A stretch of DNA of 64,000 nucleotides, from NCBI RefSeq assembly GCF_030684315.1, contig NC_081387.1:6118497-6182496 (forward strand). Reading direction: 5' to 3'. Of the stretch, positions 37,001-48,367 are shown piece after piece (the first letter of the stretch is position 1; each line of letters opens with the position of its first letter). A program made the translations under genes and the position numbers. This DNA comes from Stegostoma tigrinum. Lineage: Eukaryota. Under the pieces are notes generated by a model. It saw only the letters and a list, made by a program, of their open reading frames with translations. It made no database searches and was not told the origin of the DNA.

Positions 37001-39094
37001 ATGTGTGTTCGTATAAGAACATGGGTTTACGTTTAGCCCCTTGAGTCTGTTCCAGCATTCAGTTAGGTCCTGTCTGATTTGTCCCTCACTTCCTTCACTC
37101 AACATTGTTCCAGGTTTCTTCCTACCCTTCCCCAACAAAACCCTCCTGATGTCAGGCTGGAAGCATTCAGTTGTTTATATGAACAATAAATATGTTAAGA
37201 GGGTAGCCTAGACCCTAACTTTTCCCTTTTGTTCCAGATGCAGTTTTAAGGGTCAAAGTACCCGTTTAGCAAAACATAATTTATTCAAATACAATTGCTA
37301 AAATGAAACAAAAGAAAGAAAAAACTTGGAATAGTGTAACTCTATTGGAATAGTTAACAGAATAATAGATACAGTAACTATTGCTCATTAACTGTTCCAA
37401 TATAGTAGCATCCCATAAGCAAATGCTTGGTAAAAGGCAAATTTGAAAATAGATTTGTCTCACATGCAATCCAGCAGCCCAGGAAGAGAACACCCAGCTT
37501 TTGACTGTAATTAAGGGAAGGAAGAATGCCTGCCATTTCTTCACGACCGCCATCATCAAGTGCTGCTGAATATTACAACCAAGAATTGCTTGCCTCTGTG
37601 AGTGGGAGCTTGGCTACACCAATTCAGGCTGCTTCTATTGTTCCAGTTTCTAAAAAGAAACCACTCAAGGCTTCACAAGTTACTTATTTTTCTCCTAGTC
37701 TGCTCAGCATCTGTCTTCCAAGAAACCAAAAGAAAACACACCTCTAAAGCTGCAGCATTGGCACACTCACAACATTTTGGTGAGACAATTCCAGACTTCG
37801 ACTCCCATTTTTCAGAAAAAGTGCTTTCTAATATCACTCTTAAAAGACCTCATTGTTACTTGAAGATTGTTCTCTCTTATACCGGAGTATATCACCAGAT
37901 CTTTTTACACTCTCATCAATCAGATCTTTGGTGACTTCACTGGAGAGTGAAATCAGGTGAGGGTAAACCCAGCGTTTAAACTAATCCCATCAATTCCCAA
38001 TGAACGGGAATCAAGACAGAACTGAGAATGAATCTGGGAACCAATACAATTCTAATATTATTCTAATGTCTTTTAGAAATCTTTGAAAATAGTGTGGAAC
38101 GTTTCCATCTTGCCATTCTGATTGGATTAGTTACTGCAGTGTCGTCAATAGTCGGAATAATCATCTGGAAAAAGCCCTGGAAAGGTAAGAAACAGGGAGA
38201 GGGTAATGTAGAACTAAGGGGACAGGGTAAATGTAGGGTGAGTAGTGGAAGTACAGGACACTGTGTTGAGTGGAACTGACTGAATTCCCAAACTCAGTTA
38301 CACATGTATAAACACATTCTTGTTCCCTCTCTGATCTTCCTTTGTATGATAGGCTGAGACCAGGTTGAATATTGATCATTAAAACCATGCCACACATTCA
38401 CATCCTCACTGACTGAAGATTGATAGAATGGAAGAGATCTCCAGATTCTCCCTGATGTTTAAGGATAGATGAGAGTGTGAGAATGAGGATTTCTGTCACA
38501 GTCTCTGTTCCCCTATACTTGTTATGTTCTCACTCTCTGAGAATGGATTATTCCCCATTCTCATGGGCATCTATTTTGTTTCTGCAGATTCACCAACTGG
38601 GACCTACATAACAGCTCGCAGTAAGTTACTGAGCGGAAAGCGTGTTGGGGATGGTACAGAATGCATTGGAAGTTGTAGAATTGCATTCACCTCGGTGTTA
38701 CTCAGGATGCCAGACATGCCACATTCCTCACTCTCCAGTCCCTCAATTCCCAGTCACTTATCCTCCTCTCACTCCTCGCGACACACCTCAATCATTCTCC
38801 CTTCAGTCCCTTGCCCTTTAATCTCTCATCACTACTCATTCACCATTCAGTTCCTCACCCAAAACTCTCTCATCATCTGGTCCTCCGTCAGCTCTTTCAC
38901 CCTACAAACTCTCAACTTCAATTGCCTCTGTGCTGTGCTATGTGAGTCTGGTTAGTTATATGCTGAGTGTGATTGAATCCTGGATCGCGTGAGTGATGGA
39001 GAATATTTCAGACTGATTTTGTATGTTATTATATTTCTCTTATTCTGTTTATGTTTTCTCAGCTTCTGATGTCTCCATTCCAGCTCCTTCATGA
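27983..39094 (+). CDS. MHC class I heavy chain, nonclassical-type, intact (346 aa): join(27983-28034,30147-30407,36333-36608,36705-36983,38077-38184,38588-38620,39063-39094)
   Basis: All introns are GT-AG and phase 1; 1041 nt in frame. Exons encode leader, alpha1, alpha2, alpha3 (C1-set), TM and two cytoplasmic segments. Confidence 0.95.
28349..28530. mobile_element. Palindromic PLE-terminus element (second family) in MHC intron 1
   Basis: Inverted arms; minus strand gttCTGAGGAagggtcaccggacgcGAAACttcaactc; ttggagga present on both flanks. Confidence 0.75.
28560..29690 (-). mobile_element. Non-LTR retrotransposon fragments (CR1 at 28965-29690) in intron 1
   Basis: TPQSLSTIYK..IRS.TE..PLAW and LEYCVQFWTPYLRKD motifs. 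Confidence 0.75.
30147..30407 (+). CDS. MHC class I exon 2 (alpha1)
   Basis: DTNVLTMVYTAVSGIEKFPAFSGV...DYYDS...PR...FW...NQTS; ttacag acceptor and gtaag donor; N86 sequon. Confidence 0.95.
30600..31800 (-). mobile_element. CR1 LINE fragments in intron 2
   Basis: CR1 3'UTR (catagaac tail) and ORF2 remnants. Confidence 0.7.
32680..32925 (+). mobile_element. Myb/SANT-like ORF remnant of a Harbinger-type transposon
   Basis: FIDRDLEVLEDQVMERRTVLYP ... QHC*KK.ND, split by a short LINE-derived piece. Confidence 0.5.
35855..36200 (+). mobile_element. tRNA-derived V-SINE (HE1-like)
   Basis: A-box TGGCTCAATGGTTAGCAC and V-domain GTGTGGAGTTTGCACATTCTCCCC..GTTTCCTCCCAC. Confidence 0.85.
36333..36608 (+). 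CDS. MHC class I exon 3 (alpha2, no cysteines)
   Basis: GIHTLQW...FGFDGKDFISL...W...KEKWD...YL...LKQYLEAGKE. Confidence 0.96.
36705..36983 (+). CDS. MHC class I exon 4 (alpha3, Ig C1-set)
   Basis: LSCLVTGFYP.DIEVTWLRNG...PNHDGTHQ...YSCQIEHSSL. Confidence 0.97.
37175..37765. mobile_element. Solo LTR-like repeat in MHC intron 4
   Basis: Similar to 52413-52990 and 19201-19739 (CCTAGACC, AATAGATTTGTCTCAC, CATCCCATAA). Confidence 0.65.
38077..38184 (+). CDS. MHC class I exon 5 (connecting peptide + TM)
   Basis: LAILIGLVTAVSSIVGIIIW followed by KK; ttttag acceptor and gtaag donor. Confidence 0.9.
38588..38620 (+). CDS. MHC class I exon 6 (cytoplasmic, DSPTGTYITAR)
   Basis: 33-nt phase-1 exon, ctgcag / gtaagt, YxxA motif. 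Confidence 0.8.
39063..39094 (+). CDS. MHC class I exon 7 (TSDVSIPAPS*)
   Basis: Polypyrimidine-AG acceptor, SDVS motif, TGA. A GTAAGT donor at 39099 suggests a further UTR exon (acceptor ~39296, AATAAA at 40000). Confidence 0.75.
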
Positions 39095-40399
39095 TTCAGT
39101 AAGTGTCATTTTAACTTTTATCAGAGATATATTTGTAACTTTCCCCTCACCTCTTGACTAATTCCACCCTCTCACCCTCACTGTCCCAGACAGTGTTAAA
39201 ACCTGTCAGACTAATTTTACTCCCTTGCCCACCCTGAAGTGACTGCATTGTGTCTGTCCATTCCTTACTTTGTGGGCTTTCTGGGTTCCACTGCAGGACA
39301 TTCCCGGAGCCTCATTGAGGAATGAAGGAAATCTCCTGTTCCAGTGTGAACATGGACACCATTGAACATCCTTCCATATCACAGCAGGCAAACAGATTTT
39401 TGGCTCATTGTTCGCACCCAGTCCTTTCAGGAATGAGATCGATTTTTTTTTCTAGGGAATGTATTTCCACTGACTGAACAGTGAATCCCGGATTTGCAGG
39501 AATGGGGGGAACCTGATTCTTCAAGTGAGACCTTCTCAAGTCATGATCCAATCCCATCTCAGAAACGTGAGCAGCTTCACTGTCAGAGGAATCTTCACAG
39601 ATGGTTTCTCCCTCACACTTTCTCAACTTCACTGTCTTCAGTGGTTCAGTCATTTACCTGAAATGAAACAATGTCCTGAGGTAACTCAGAGACAGTTTTT
39701 ATATTGTAGGCAACTGAATGATTTTGCACTTTTTGTCAACAAATTCTAGTGGTCATGTACATATCTGTGTAAAGTTTGCAACTGTCTATCGTTATGCTGA
39801 TGAAAAATACTTGCTATTTGTTTGTTAATATTTAACATGCATTCTATTTTAAGCTGAACAGCTGTGTTTTGAATTTGAAGTACCCGCTGTGAACTCCTGT
39901 GTGATGTATAAATTTTACAATCGGATTTATTTACATTGTTATTTACACTGTTATTCATCAATGTTTAACCATAAATGCCGATAATGGTGTTTTGCAATTA
40001 ATAAACAATGGTTTATGGTTGATTTTTCCACTTTCTTCAATAATGATTTCATGAGAAAGGTTTAATTCGTTCACTCAGCAGCTTGTGGCTCTTGGAATCA
40101 GCAGTAGATGAGCTTCAATTCATTGTGAAGTGGGGGAGTCAGGTCCATTCAACTCTCCAATGAGCCATCCCCAAATGAACGGAGAAGCACAAAGTGATGT
40201 TTGTATCTTGTGTGTTCAGAGTTTGATGGTTGATAATGCTTGGGAGTGTTCATTCCCCAGCTGCTGGGAATCAGGAATATGTCACAGACTGGTGACCAAG
40301 CAGGTATTGTAGTGAGGAAAAGGCAGGGTCACCAGCTGAATGTTTCAACCAGGTCTGAGCTCACAGGCTTCTGCAGTGTGGCAGATCAATGGGAATCTT

Positions 40400-40745
40400 C
40401 ATTGTCAACATTTCCTTCTGATAGGCAATGCCTTTGGACACAACGGTTGGAGGTGGGGGGGGTGGTAGTCAGTGTCAGCTGTCAAAGGGAGTTGTAAGAG
40501 GACCTGGAGAAGATCACAGAAGGAAGTGAGACAGTAACTGAGCTGGAGGGGAAAGGGGAATGACATCCAGATGAATAGGAAGGTGAGCACCCTGGGGTGG
40601 GAGGGCAGCTGAAGTGGCACTCTCACTCCTGTCCCCACATTGCACCTTTGGGTTTTAAGTTGAGGAACGTCCTGAGTGTGGGATGATAATCAGATCACTA
40701 ACTCTCCATATCCGTGCCCCGTTTGACATGTGGGAAGCATTAGGG
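40400..40745 (-). mobile_element. Old Penelope-like 3' fragment
   Basis: G-rich reverse-complement similarity to the PLE GIY-YIG C-terminus and 3'UTR. Confidence 0.5.
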
Positions 40746-42519
40746 CAGCCATGAAGGTGATGGTGTGCGGTTACTGGGAGAGTGTGAGAGTTGTGAATGT
40801 TACATTAGATGAGTGGCCAAGAAAGCTAAAAACTGAACCTGTAATCTCCTGCAAATATCTCACACTCTTAGCAAGACACTAAAGAGTGCCAGCAGTCTGG
40901 GTGAGAAACATGTGAATGTTCCCTCCTTCAAGAATACACAGGGGCAGAAAAGGGGTTAAAAGACCTTCAATCCTGGTCTGGGTTTGTCTGGGGACAAACG
41001 ACCTATGGTGCGGGCTAGTGTGCTGTGAATGTCACAGCTCAAGGAACAACCATTCAAACAGCTTTGTGCTGCATCTAGAACAAGAGGGAAATTCTTAATC
41101 TGTGTTCTGGCATCAGGCAATGCTGAAAAGAAGGACAAAGGAGTTCCATTCAAGCTCCAGAGCCAAGAATCTCAAAATTGAGTATCAAGTAATGCAACTG
41201 GTAATACACGCAGCAACGGCCACAGTGTTCAGATATTCATTACTTGCAAACAATTCAGATTGACAAATTTTCTTTTTAACTTTCATATTTTTCACTTGCC
41301 CCTATTTCTAAGCTTGTATTGTGCACATTACTTTCCTATTTCTTTTTGCCGTTAATATTGAATAAACTTGCTTTTAATTAATTCAGGATACTCTGATTAC
41401 GTTAGAAAAATATAAGTTCATTCAGTTGGATAAGCAGGGACGAACACAAACACACAAACACAGACAGATGGATTTATACAGGCACACAAACATGGTGCCC
41501 AATTCCTTACCCCACTGATAGAGCTTGGCCTCTGCCAGGCTGCTGTGTTCAATTTGACAGGAATATTGATCCTCATCCCCAGCATTGATCTCAATCTTTT
41601 TGGATCTGATGAGTCCTATCATGGTTTGGTCGAATCCCTGAGGATTGTGTCTCAGGCACAAACTCTCCATTCCTTAGCCAGGTCACCTCGATGTCTACAG
41701 GATAAAATCCAGTGACCAGGCAGGAGAGAGAGAGTGGCTTGACCTGACGGATGGGCTCACTCCTGGAGATGAACACTTTGGGCTGAACTGTGATGGGAAA
41801 GGGTGAAAACTCAAACAATAGACAGACACTGAATTGGAGAGCGATTTCATAAATCAGTGAAGTTTGACCAGAATTTGGGATCAAAACTGAAATAAATATT
41901 CCTTTCTTGCTTCCAGATTACTGTTTAAGTATTGAACAAATGCTTCTTCAAGGTGGTTTTCCAAAAGTTGTTCCAAGCTTGATCAGAATTCCATTTCTCT
42001 CTTACCTCCACTGCGTGATGATTTGCTGTGACCCTTCTCATTTTGCCTAGTTCTAAACTAAAAAAGTCCTTTCCATCAAATCCAACTTGCATTGATCTCT
42101 TAACAGAACGTTTCTGATTAGAATCTTCTTCAAGAAACTCAACAGTCTGTATCCATTGGAACGTGTGAATGCCTGTGCGTGATCAAACAGAGAGATGATG
42201 ATCAAACAGAAATAATTGGTCAGGGAAAATCACGAACAAATTTGCAGAGAAGGGGATCTGGGATCAGATAGAAATGTCAGATCAGAGTCACGGTCTGAAC
42301 AGAGTGGAAAGGGTCATAGCCTCAATTTGAAATGTTGAGGAAGCATTTTCTGGTCAAGATGGTGGTGGAGTAGGACCCTCCAACAGGAGCTCGTTCTGTT
42401 CATTTCCTATTTCCTGTCTCTTTTCCCCTTGTTGATGTTCAATCCTGAGGTACAGTGAGCTGGAGACACAGAGCTGAGCAGGGAGAGCCAGCAGGCCACA
42501 GGCAGGGCAGTGTCGTCAA

Positions 42520-42800
42520 ATGGGCTGGAGGATCACATGGAGCAGGGATAGCCAGTTGGTTGGAGGATCACATGGACCAGGGAGAGCCAGTTGGTTGGAG
42601 GATCACATGGAGCAGGGAGAGCCAGTGGGCTGGAGGCTCACACGGAGCAGGGAGAGCCAGTGGGCTGCAGGACCGAGCAGTGTGGGCACAGGCTGGAGGC
42701 TTGAACAGAGTGGGGGCAGACAGTGGGCTGGAGATCCGGGCAATGTGGGCACAGGCAGTGGGCTGGAGGCTCGAGCAGAGCGGGGCAGTTGTTGGACTGT
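42520..42800. repeat. 35-bp tandem repeat (TGGAGGATCACATGGAGCAGGGAGAGCCAGTTGGT), degenerating 3'
   Basis: Units start at 42526, 42561 and 42596. Confidence 0.85.
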
Positions 42801-43154
42801 GGTCCGATGCTGGCAGTTAGCAGCCTGTGAGCCGAGTCAGACCACGTGTGGAAGTTCGCTGCACTGACCTACCGTAGGTCCCGTATGGAAAGATTGTAAT
42901 GCATATCTTTTGAACATTATTCTCAATTTTTCCAAACTTATACAATTAACAACTGTAAGCAATGTAACACTTATTCCTTTCTTCTTCCCTTCGTTTCTGT
43001 AATCTGCAACAATGCTCTGGACTACAGTACTTTGTACCTAAGGCGGTGCCACAGGGGGTGACATTGAAAACTTTGTCTGTATTCCTGATCTTCCACACTT
43101 CAGTACCTGCGACAATAAAGGAAATTCCAGATTAAAATTCTAAAATCAGTTCAG

Positions 43155-44625
43155 TGACCTCACAGCTGCTGCGGGATGGTCTGAGTGGAGTGACCGAGGG
43201 GTCAGTGCTGGGGGATGGACTGAGTGGAGTGACGCAGGGGTCAGTGCTGGGGGATGGACTGAGTGGAGTGACCCAGGGGTCAGTGCTGGGGAATGGACTG
43301 AGTGGAGTGACTCAGGGAACAGTGCTGGGGTATGGGCTGAGTGAAGTGACCCAGGGGTCAGTGCTGGGGGACGGACTGAGTGGAGTGACTCAGGGATCAG
43401 TGCTGGGGTATGGGCTGAGTGAAGTGACCCAGGGGTCAGTGCTGGGGGACGGACTGAGTGGAGTGACTCAGGGATCAGTGCTGGGGTATGGGCTGAGTGA
43501 AGTGACCCAGGGGTCAGTGCTGGGGGACGGACTGAGTGGAGTGACCCAGGTGTCTGTGCTGGTGGTGAACTGAGTGGAATGACCCAGGGGTCAGTGCTGG
43601 GGAATGGACTGAGTGGAGTGACCCAGGGGTCAGTGCTGGGGAATGGACTGAGTGGAGTGACGCAGGGATCAGTGCTGGGGTATGGGATGAGTGAAGTGAC
43701 CCAGGGGTCAGTGCTGGGGGACGGACTGAGTGGAGTGACCCAGGTGCCTGTGCTGGTGGTGAACTGAGTGGAGTGACCCAGGGGTCAGTGCTGGGGGATA
43801 GATTGAGTGGAGTGACCCAGGTGTCAGTGCTGGGGGATGGACTGAATGGAGTGACTTAGTGGTCAGTGCTGGGCGATGGACTGAATGGAGTCACCCTGGG
43901 GTCAATGCTGGCAGATGGACTGAGTGGAGTGTCCGAGGAGCCAGTGCTGGGGGATAGATTGAGTGGAGTGACTCAGGGGTCATTGCTGGGGGATTGACTG
44001 AGTGGAGTGACCCAGGGGTCAGTGCTGGGGATGGACTGAGTGAAGTGACCCAGGTGTCAGCGCTGGGGTTGGACTGAGTCGAGTGACCCAGGGGCCAGTG
44101 CTGGGGAATGGACTGAGTTTAGTGACCCAGAGTCAGTGCTGGGAGATGTACTGAGTGGAGTGACCCAGGTGTCAGTGCTGGGAGATGGACTGAGTAGAGT
44201 GACCCAGGGGTCGGTGCTGGGGGTGGACTGAGTGGAGTGACTCAGTGGTCAGTGCTGGCAAATGGACTGAGTGGAGTGAACGAGGGGCCAGTGCTGGGGG
44301 ATTGATTGAGTGGAGTGACCCAGGGGTCAGTGCTGGGGGTTGGACTGAGTGGTGTGACTCAGGGGTCAGTGCTGGCAAATGGACTGAGTGGAGTGAACGA
44401 GGGGCTAGTGCTGGGGGATTGATTGAGTGGAGTGACCCAGCGGTCAGTGCTGGGGGTTGGACTGAATGGTCTGACCCAGGGTTCAGTGCTGGGGGATGGA
44501 CTGAGTGGAGTGACTGTGGGGTCAATGCTGGCAGATGGACTGAGTGGAGTGTCCCAGGGCTCAATGCTGGGGAATGGACTGAGTGGAGTGACCTTGGGGT
44601 CAGTGCTGGTAAATGGGCTGAGTGT
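43155..44625. repeat. 39-bp G-rich minisatellite (GTCAGTGCTGGGGGATGGACTGAGTGGAGTGACCCAGGG)
   Basis: 39-nt period (43201, 43240...); source of the GSVLGDGLSGVTQ ORFs. Confidence 0.97.
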
Positions 44626-46060
44626 ACTGTTCATGATAGATCAGTTGTGGGATTAATGTTTTGATTGACTAATCATAGTTTCAGCAGGAACATGGGCCCA
44701 TCCTCACCTCATGAATGCACAGTCCTGTTAATTTCTGCCAAATGAGTCTCCTCACATTCGCTATCGATGAGGGTCTGCCTCTGATCATCTCCTTGATCAT
44801 CGTCACTGTATTATGGATGCTGGGCTCAAACAGGCAAGCAGAACAAATAGGGCACAAACACACGAGAAAGTGTTCACACAAATGGGCTTGTCCCACAGGC
44901 ACAAAAAACAAGCAGCCAGGATAATGAGATGTTCACACTCTGGTGTGAATGATGCTCGGTCGAGAGAAAATGAGTCCTTCCCGTGGGAAGCCCAGAACTG
45001 CCATCCAAAGACCTTCTACTTGGACAGTAAAGAGATAGGATGTCCCAGTCCATGAGGTTAGATGTCCCATCAAAACAAAATTAAAGACCGAGCCGTTTAG
45101 CCATCTCTTTACCTTTCACCCACCCCATCCTATCCCACTTCCTGGGAGGTACCTTGGGGTAAGATTCAAAAACCATGGATAGAATTTGACTGTGATTGCA
45201 TGAATATTTACAAGTTCATTCATACATTCTAATAACGTAAGGTCCATGTAAAAAGTGCATAATGCCTCCTCTTGGTAACAACTCAAGGAGATCCATTTTC
45301 CCTTCAGAGGGGTGCACCTCATTTCCGTATGCATGACTAAACACCGGTAAAGCTTGCAAATTTCTCCCTCTTGTTTATGTAGGTCATGGAAATTTAAGAG
45401 AAAACCATTCTTTTCAAGAACACCATCACAGCTGAGCCTGGGTTGGGTTAAACATGGGGCATCCTTCTCCTCCTCCCCACAGTGTTTACAGACTTTAGAA
45501 AAGGAGGGATGAAGCTGTTTGGCTTCTCTCAATCGATGTGAAAATTGAACATTGTCCATTCGAATCATTTCCCATTTGCTCCGAGCTTCTCTGATCTGCG
45601 GGTTTTCTCGTGCTGCAGTCAGGAGACCTGCACACAAATCCCATCAGAGACTCCCAGAGACTGTGCTGCCTTCAGTGAGTAAAATATCAGGCTGGCTGTA
45701 TAACAGGCGGCTGGTCAAACATCCCCTATTTCAAACTCTCACCAAGAGATTCACATTCACCCCAGAGAGAGAGAGAGAGAGAGAAAAGTTGAATTCTGTC
45801 CTTATGCGGAGAGGCCCAAGAAAAACACAGGGAGATGGAGAAAAAGATCAGCAACATTCTGGGAATGTACTGCCCCTCTTTCAATCAGACAGTGAGAACA
45901 AAACACTCTGACAGGAAAACAACTGTTGTTTTCAGACTGACAAAACAGAAATCCTTCTCTACCACGGCTCCATTTCACAATTGAGAAAGCATTTTGACCT
46001 TTCCCGAAATACAAGCTGCAGAACCAGAGTCAATGACTGGTCACGGTCTCAGTGAAATAT

Positions 46061-46218
46061 CCAATAATGACATGATGAAGCATCTGTCACTTGTTACTGG
46101 GGAAGGCATGCTCAGTCAGTTTCAGTTTCATCCTGTCAGAATTTGTCTTCCTTCCATTAGCTGGAAACAGATACGGGTATTTCTATTAATAGAGTTCCTC
46201 TCCAGCTGGGGAATCATC
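46061..46218 (-). promoter_or_regulatory. Class I promoter of paralog 2: kB-like, ISRE, X box, Y box
   Basis: On the sense (-) strand: GATGATTCCCC (46208-46218), GAAACTGAAACT (46118-46129), CCCAGTAACAAGTG (46088-46101), a 22-nt spacer, then ATTGG (46061-46065), ~200 nt upstream of the ATG. Confidence 0.8.
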
Positions 46219-46349
46219 TCAGCTTGGGACTGAATAAAGGACAGTTAAGTGGTTGCATTGATGGATCAGTGTTTGAATTCTCGCTTCCCACGCAGCCAGG
46301 TTAAATTCCCAGCCAATGAGTAGTAGTCAGTTCTCGAGTACAGGAAAGC

Positions 46350-46840
46350 CATTGAGTGCTTGGCTACATGGTGTAAGAGACAACAGTCTCCCCATTGACA
46401 TGAACAAAACAAAGGAGCTGGTCAGTTCTGAGGAAAGGTCTCTGGACCCAACACATTAACTCTGTTTTGACCTTCACAGATGCTGCCTGAACCGCTGAGC
46501 TTTTCCAGCAACTTTGTTGTTGTTCTTGAGCTAGTCATTGGCCACAGGAAGCGCTTTGGAGGGTAGACTCCTGGCTGCATCAATGATGCTGAGCTGGAAA
46601 TGGTGGAAAGCATCAAGTTCCTGGTAGCGATGATCACCAACAATCGCTCCTGGTCCACCCATGTCCATGTTATATTCAAGATAGCGCAGCAACACCTCTC
46701 CTCCCTCAGGAGGCTAAGGGAATTCAGCATGTCCATTGAGACGCTTACCAACTTTTATAGATGCACTGTAGAAAGTATCCTATCAGGATGAATAGTATGG
46801 AAACTGCACTGCTGAAGTCTGCAAGAAGCTGCAGACAGTG
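46350..46840 (+). mobile_element. Rex1/Babar-type non-LTR fragment containing a hammerhead PLE-terminus insert (46425-46527)
   Basis: KTKELV, SIKFL..ITNN.SWSTH, AQQ.L..LRRLR, TNFYRCTVESIL. The insert is flanked by gagctggtca / gagctagtca. Confidence 0.75.
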
Positions 46841-46879
46841 GTGGAGGTAGATGTGAAAGATGGGGTTGGTGATGAGGAC

Positions 46880-48330
46880 TGTGATGGAGACTAAACCTAT
46901 TGTAGCCAAAGGCCTGGTGGGGATCTGTTTAAATGCGTCTGAACCTTGCCTAGTTTGGACAAAAAGGATGCAGAAGCCTCCTTCATTTCATTTCAGAAAG
47001 TATCTGAACAAATGAAATGACTGACCATGCAGATATAGATGATTCAAACAAAGTTAGTCGGTAAAGCTAGTGAGGTGCTTGCCTGACTATCACAGGAGGT
47101 ACCTGGGGAGTATGAGGAGGAGATCAAAGCCATATGTGCAAGTGAACCAGTGCCAGAAGCTTACAGACTACATTTAGAAATCTAAAGAGGGATTCTGGTC
47201 AAACTACATAGAGCTTCAAAGAATCAAACAAATCAACTTTGAGAGGTGCATAGGGACACTGAAAATAAATCAGATACATGGCCCTCTGAGAGAAACCATT
47301 ATTTTGGAGGAGTTCAAAAATTCACTTCCTGAGGTAGTGAGAACTCATGTGGAACAACACTGGGTTCAAGCAGCAAGATCAACAGCAGAGATGGCAGATG
47401 ATTATGAATTGGCTCATAACTCAAAGTTTGGCTTCCAACATCAATTTCAATTTGTGATGTATAGAAACCAGGGAAAGAGAAATCCTCAGGTGGTAAAGGA
47501 GAGGGAAGTCTCATTGAAGGTAATAAAAGATGATTTAGCACAAGTTAATAAGGAGACCCAAGATGTGAAAAGAGATGTAAAAAATACTCAAGTGTTTTCA
47601 CTGTAATAAATTGGTCACGTAAATTGCAATGTTGGTGGTTTAGAAAAAGCACTGGGAAGATGAATGTGGTAGATCAGGATAAGCTAGTTGGGTTTGCTAG
47701 GTCAGTAAAGGAGATGACAGTGGAACTTATAAAGCTGCAAAAGGAATGTACAACATGGTCAGGGCTTGGCTGAGAAGTAAGTGCCAGATCTCTTTAAATA
47801 TTGTACTTACATGGAAGGTTTACTGATGTGTACCGGGAGGACCAGGGAAAGAAATTAAGATTTTAAGAGATATGGGCCAAGTCAATATTTAATGGTGAGA
47901 GATGAGGGGATATGTAATTCAGAAGGAGTATTGACAGAAAAAGTTGTAATATGTTGAATTCAGGATGAGAAGAGTTTTGTTCCCTAATATATAAGATGAG
48001 GCTGGAGAGTCCAGTAAGAAGTCATAACGGGGTAGTCAGAGTAATAGAGAAACTCTTTGTTCTGGAAATACAGTTTATCCTAGGAAATGAGATTGATAGC
48101 TCACAGGTAGAAATGATGCCTCCTGTGGTTGAAAAGCAAATGGAAAATCAGACAACTGAGGTGTTACAGGAAATATATCCTGGAACTTTCCCTGATTGTG
48201 TGGTAACAAATCACAAAGCCACAGGTTGAAAAAAAAGGAGAAATGGTAAGGAAGTAATGTTCAACTATCAGAAACATTTAATCAAAAATAGAACAGGTGG
48301 AACAGGACAAAGTGAATACTTTTTGTGAGG
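46880..48330 (+). mobile_element. Gmr1-like Gypsy gag-protease fragment
   Basis: ILEEFKNSLPEVVRTHV...AEMADDY, decayed CCHC knuckle, KILRDMG (protease LRDTG-like), FILGNEI. Confidence 0.75.
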
Positions 48331-48367
48331 TTAGATCAGAACATGACACTAAAACTGAAATATATAT

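Larger units (their letters stand above)
41511..45857 (-). pseudogene. MHC class I paralog 2 (pseudogene): leader 45806-45857, putative alpha1 45153-45409, alpha2 ~41899-42172, alpha3 41511-41787; no TM exon recognised
   Basis: Leader MLLIFFSISLCFSWASP with donor GT>AT. alpha2 GIHTFQWIQTVE...GFDGKDFFSL...EKWNSD with frameshifts and a deleted donor. alpha3 has a 2-nt deletion. The alpha1 call is less certain. Confidence 0.9.

Noticed and set aside
27983-39094. Naming the gene UAA (classical) or a specific nonclassical lineage
   Set aside because: Anchor and disulfide losses argue against classical UAA, and lineage assignment needs a phylogeny I cannot run.
40000-41500. TM/cytoplasmic exons for paralog 2
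   Set aside because: No segment similar to exons 5-7 of gene 1 was recognisable.
43154-44664. GSVLGDGLSGVTQ and WTEWS (thrombospondin-like) repeat ORFs
   Set aside because: 39-bp VNTR; no TSP1 cysteines, frequent stops and frame changes.
45116-45637. 173-aa ORF as a novel gene
   Set aside because: It runs from intron sequence through the frameshifted putative alpha1 pseudo-exon and is better explained as part of the class I pseudogene.
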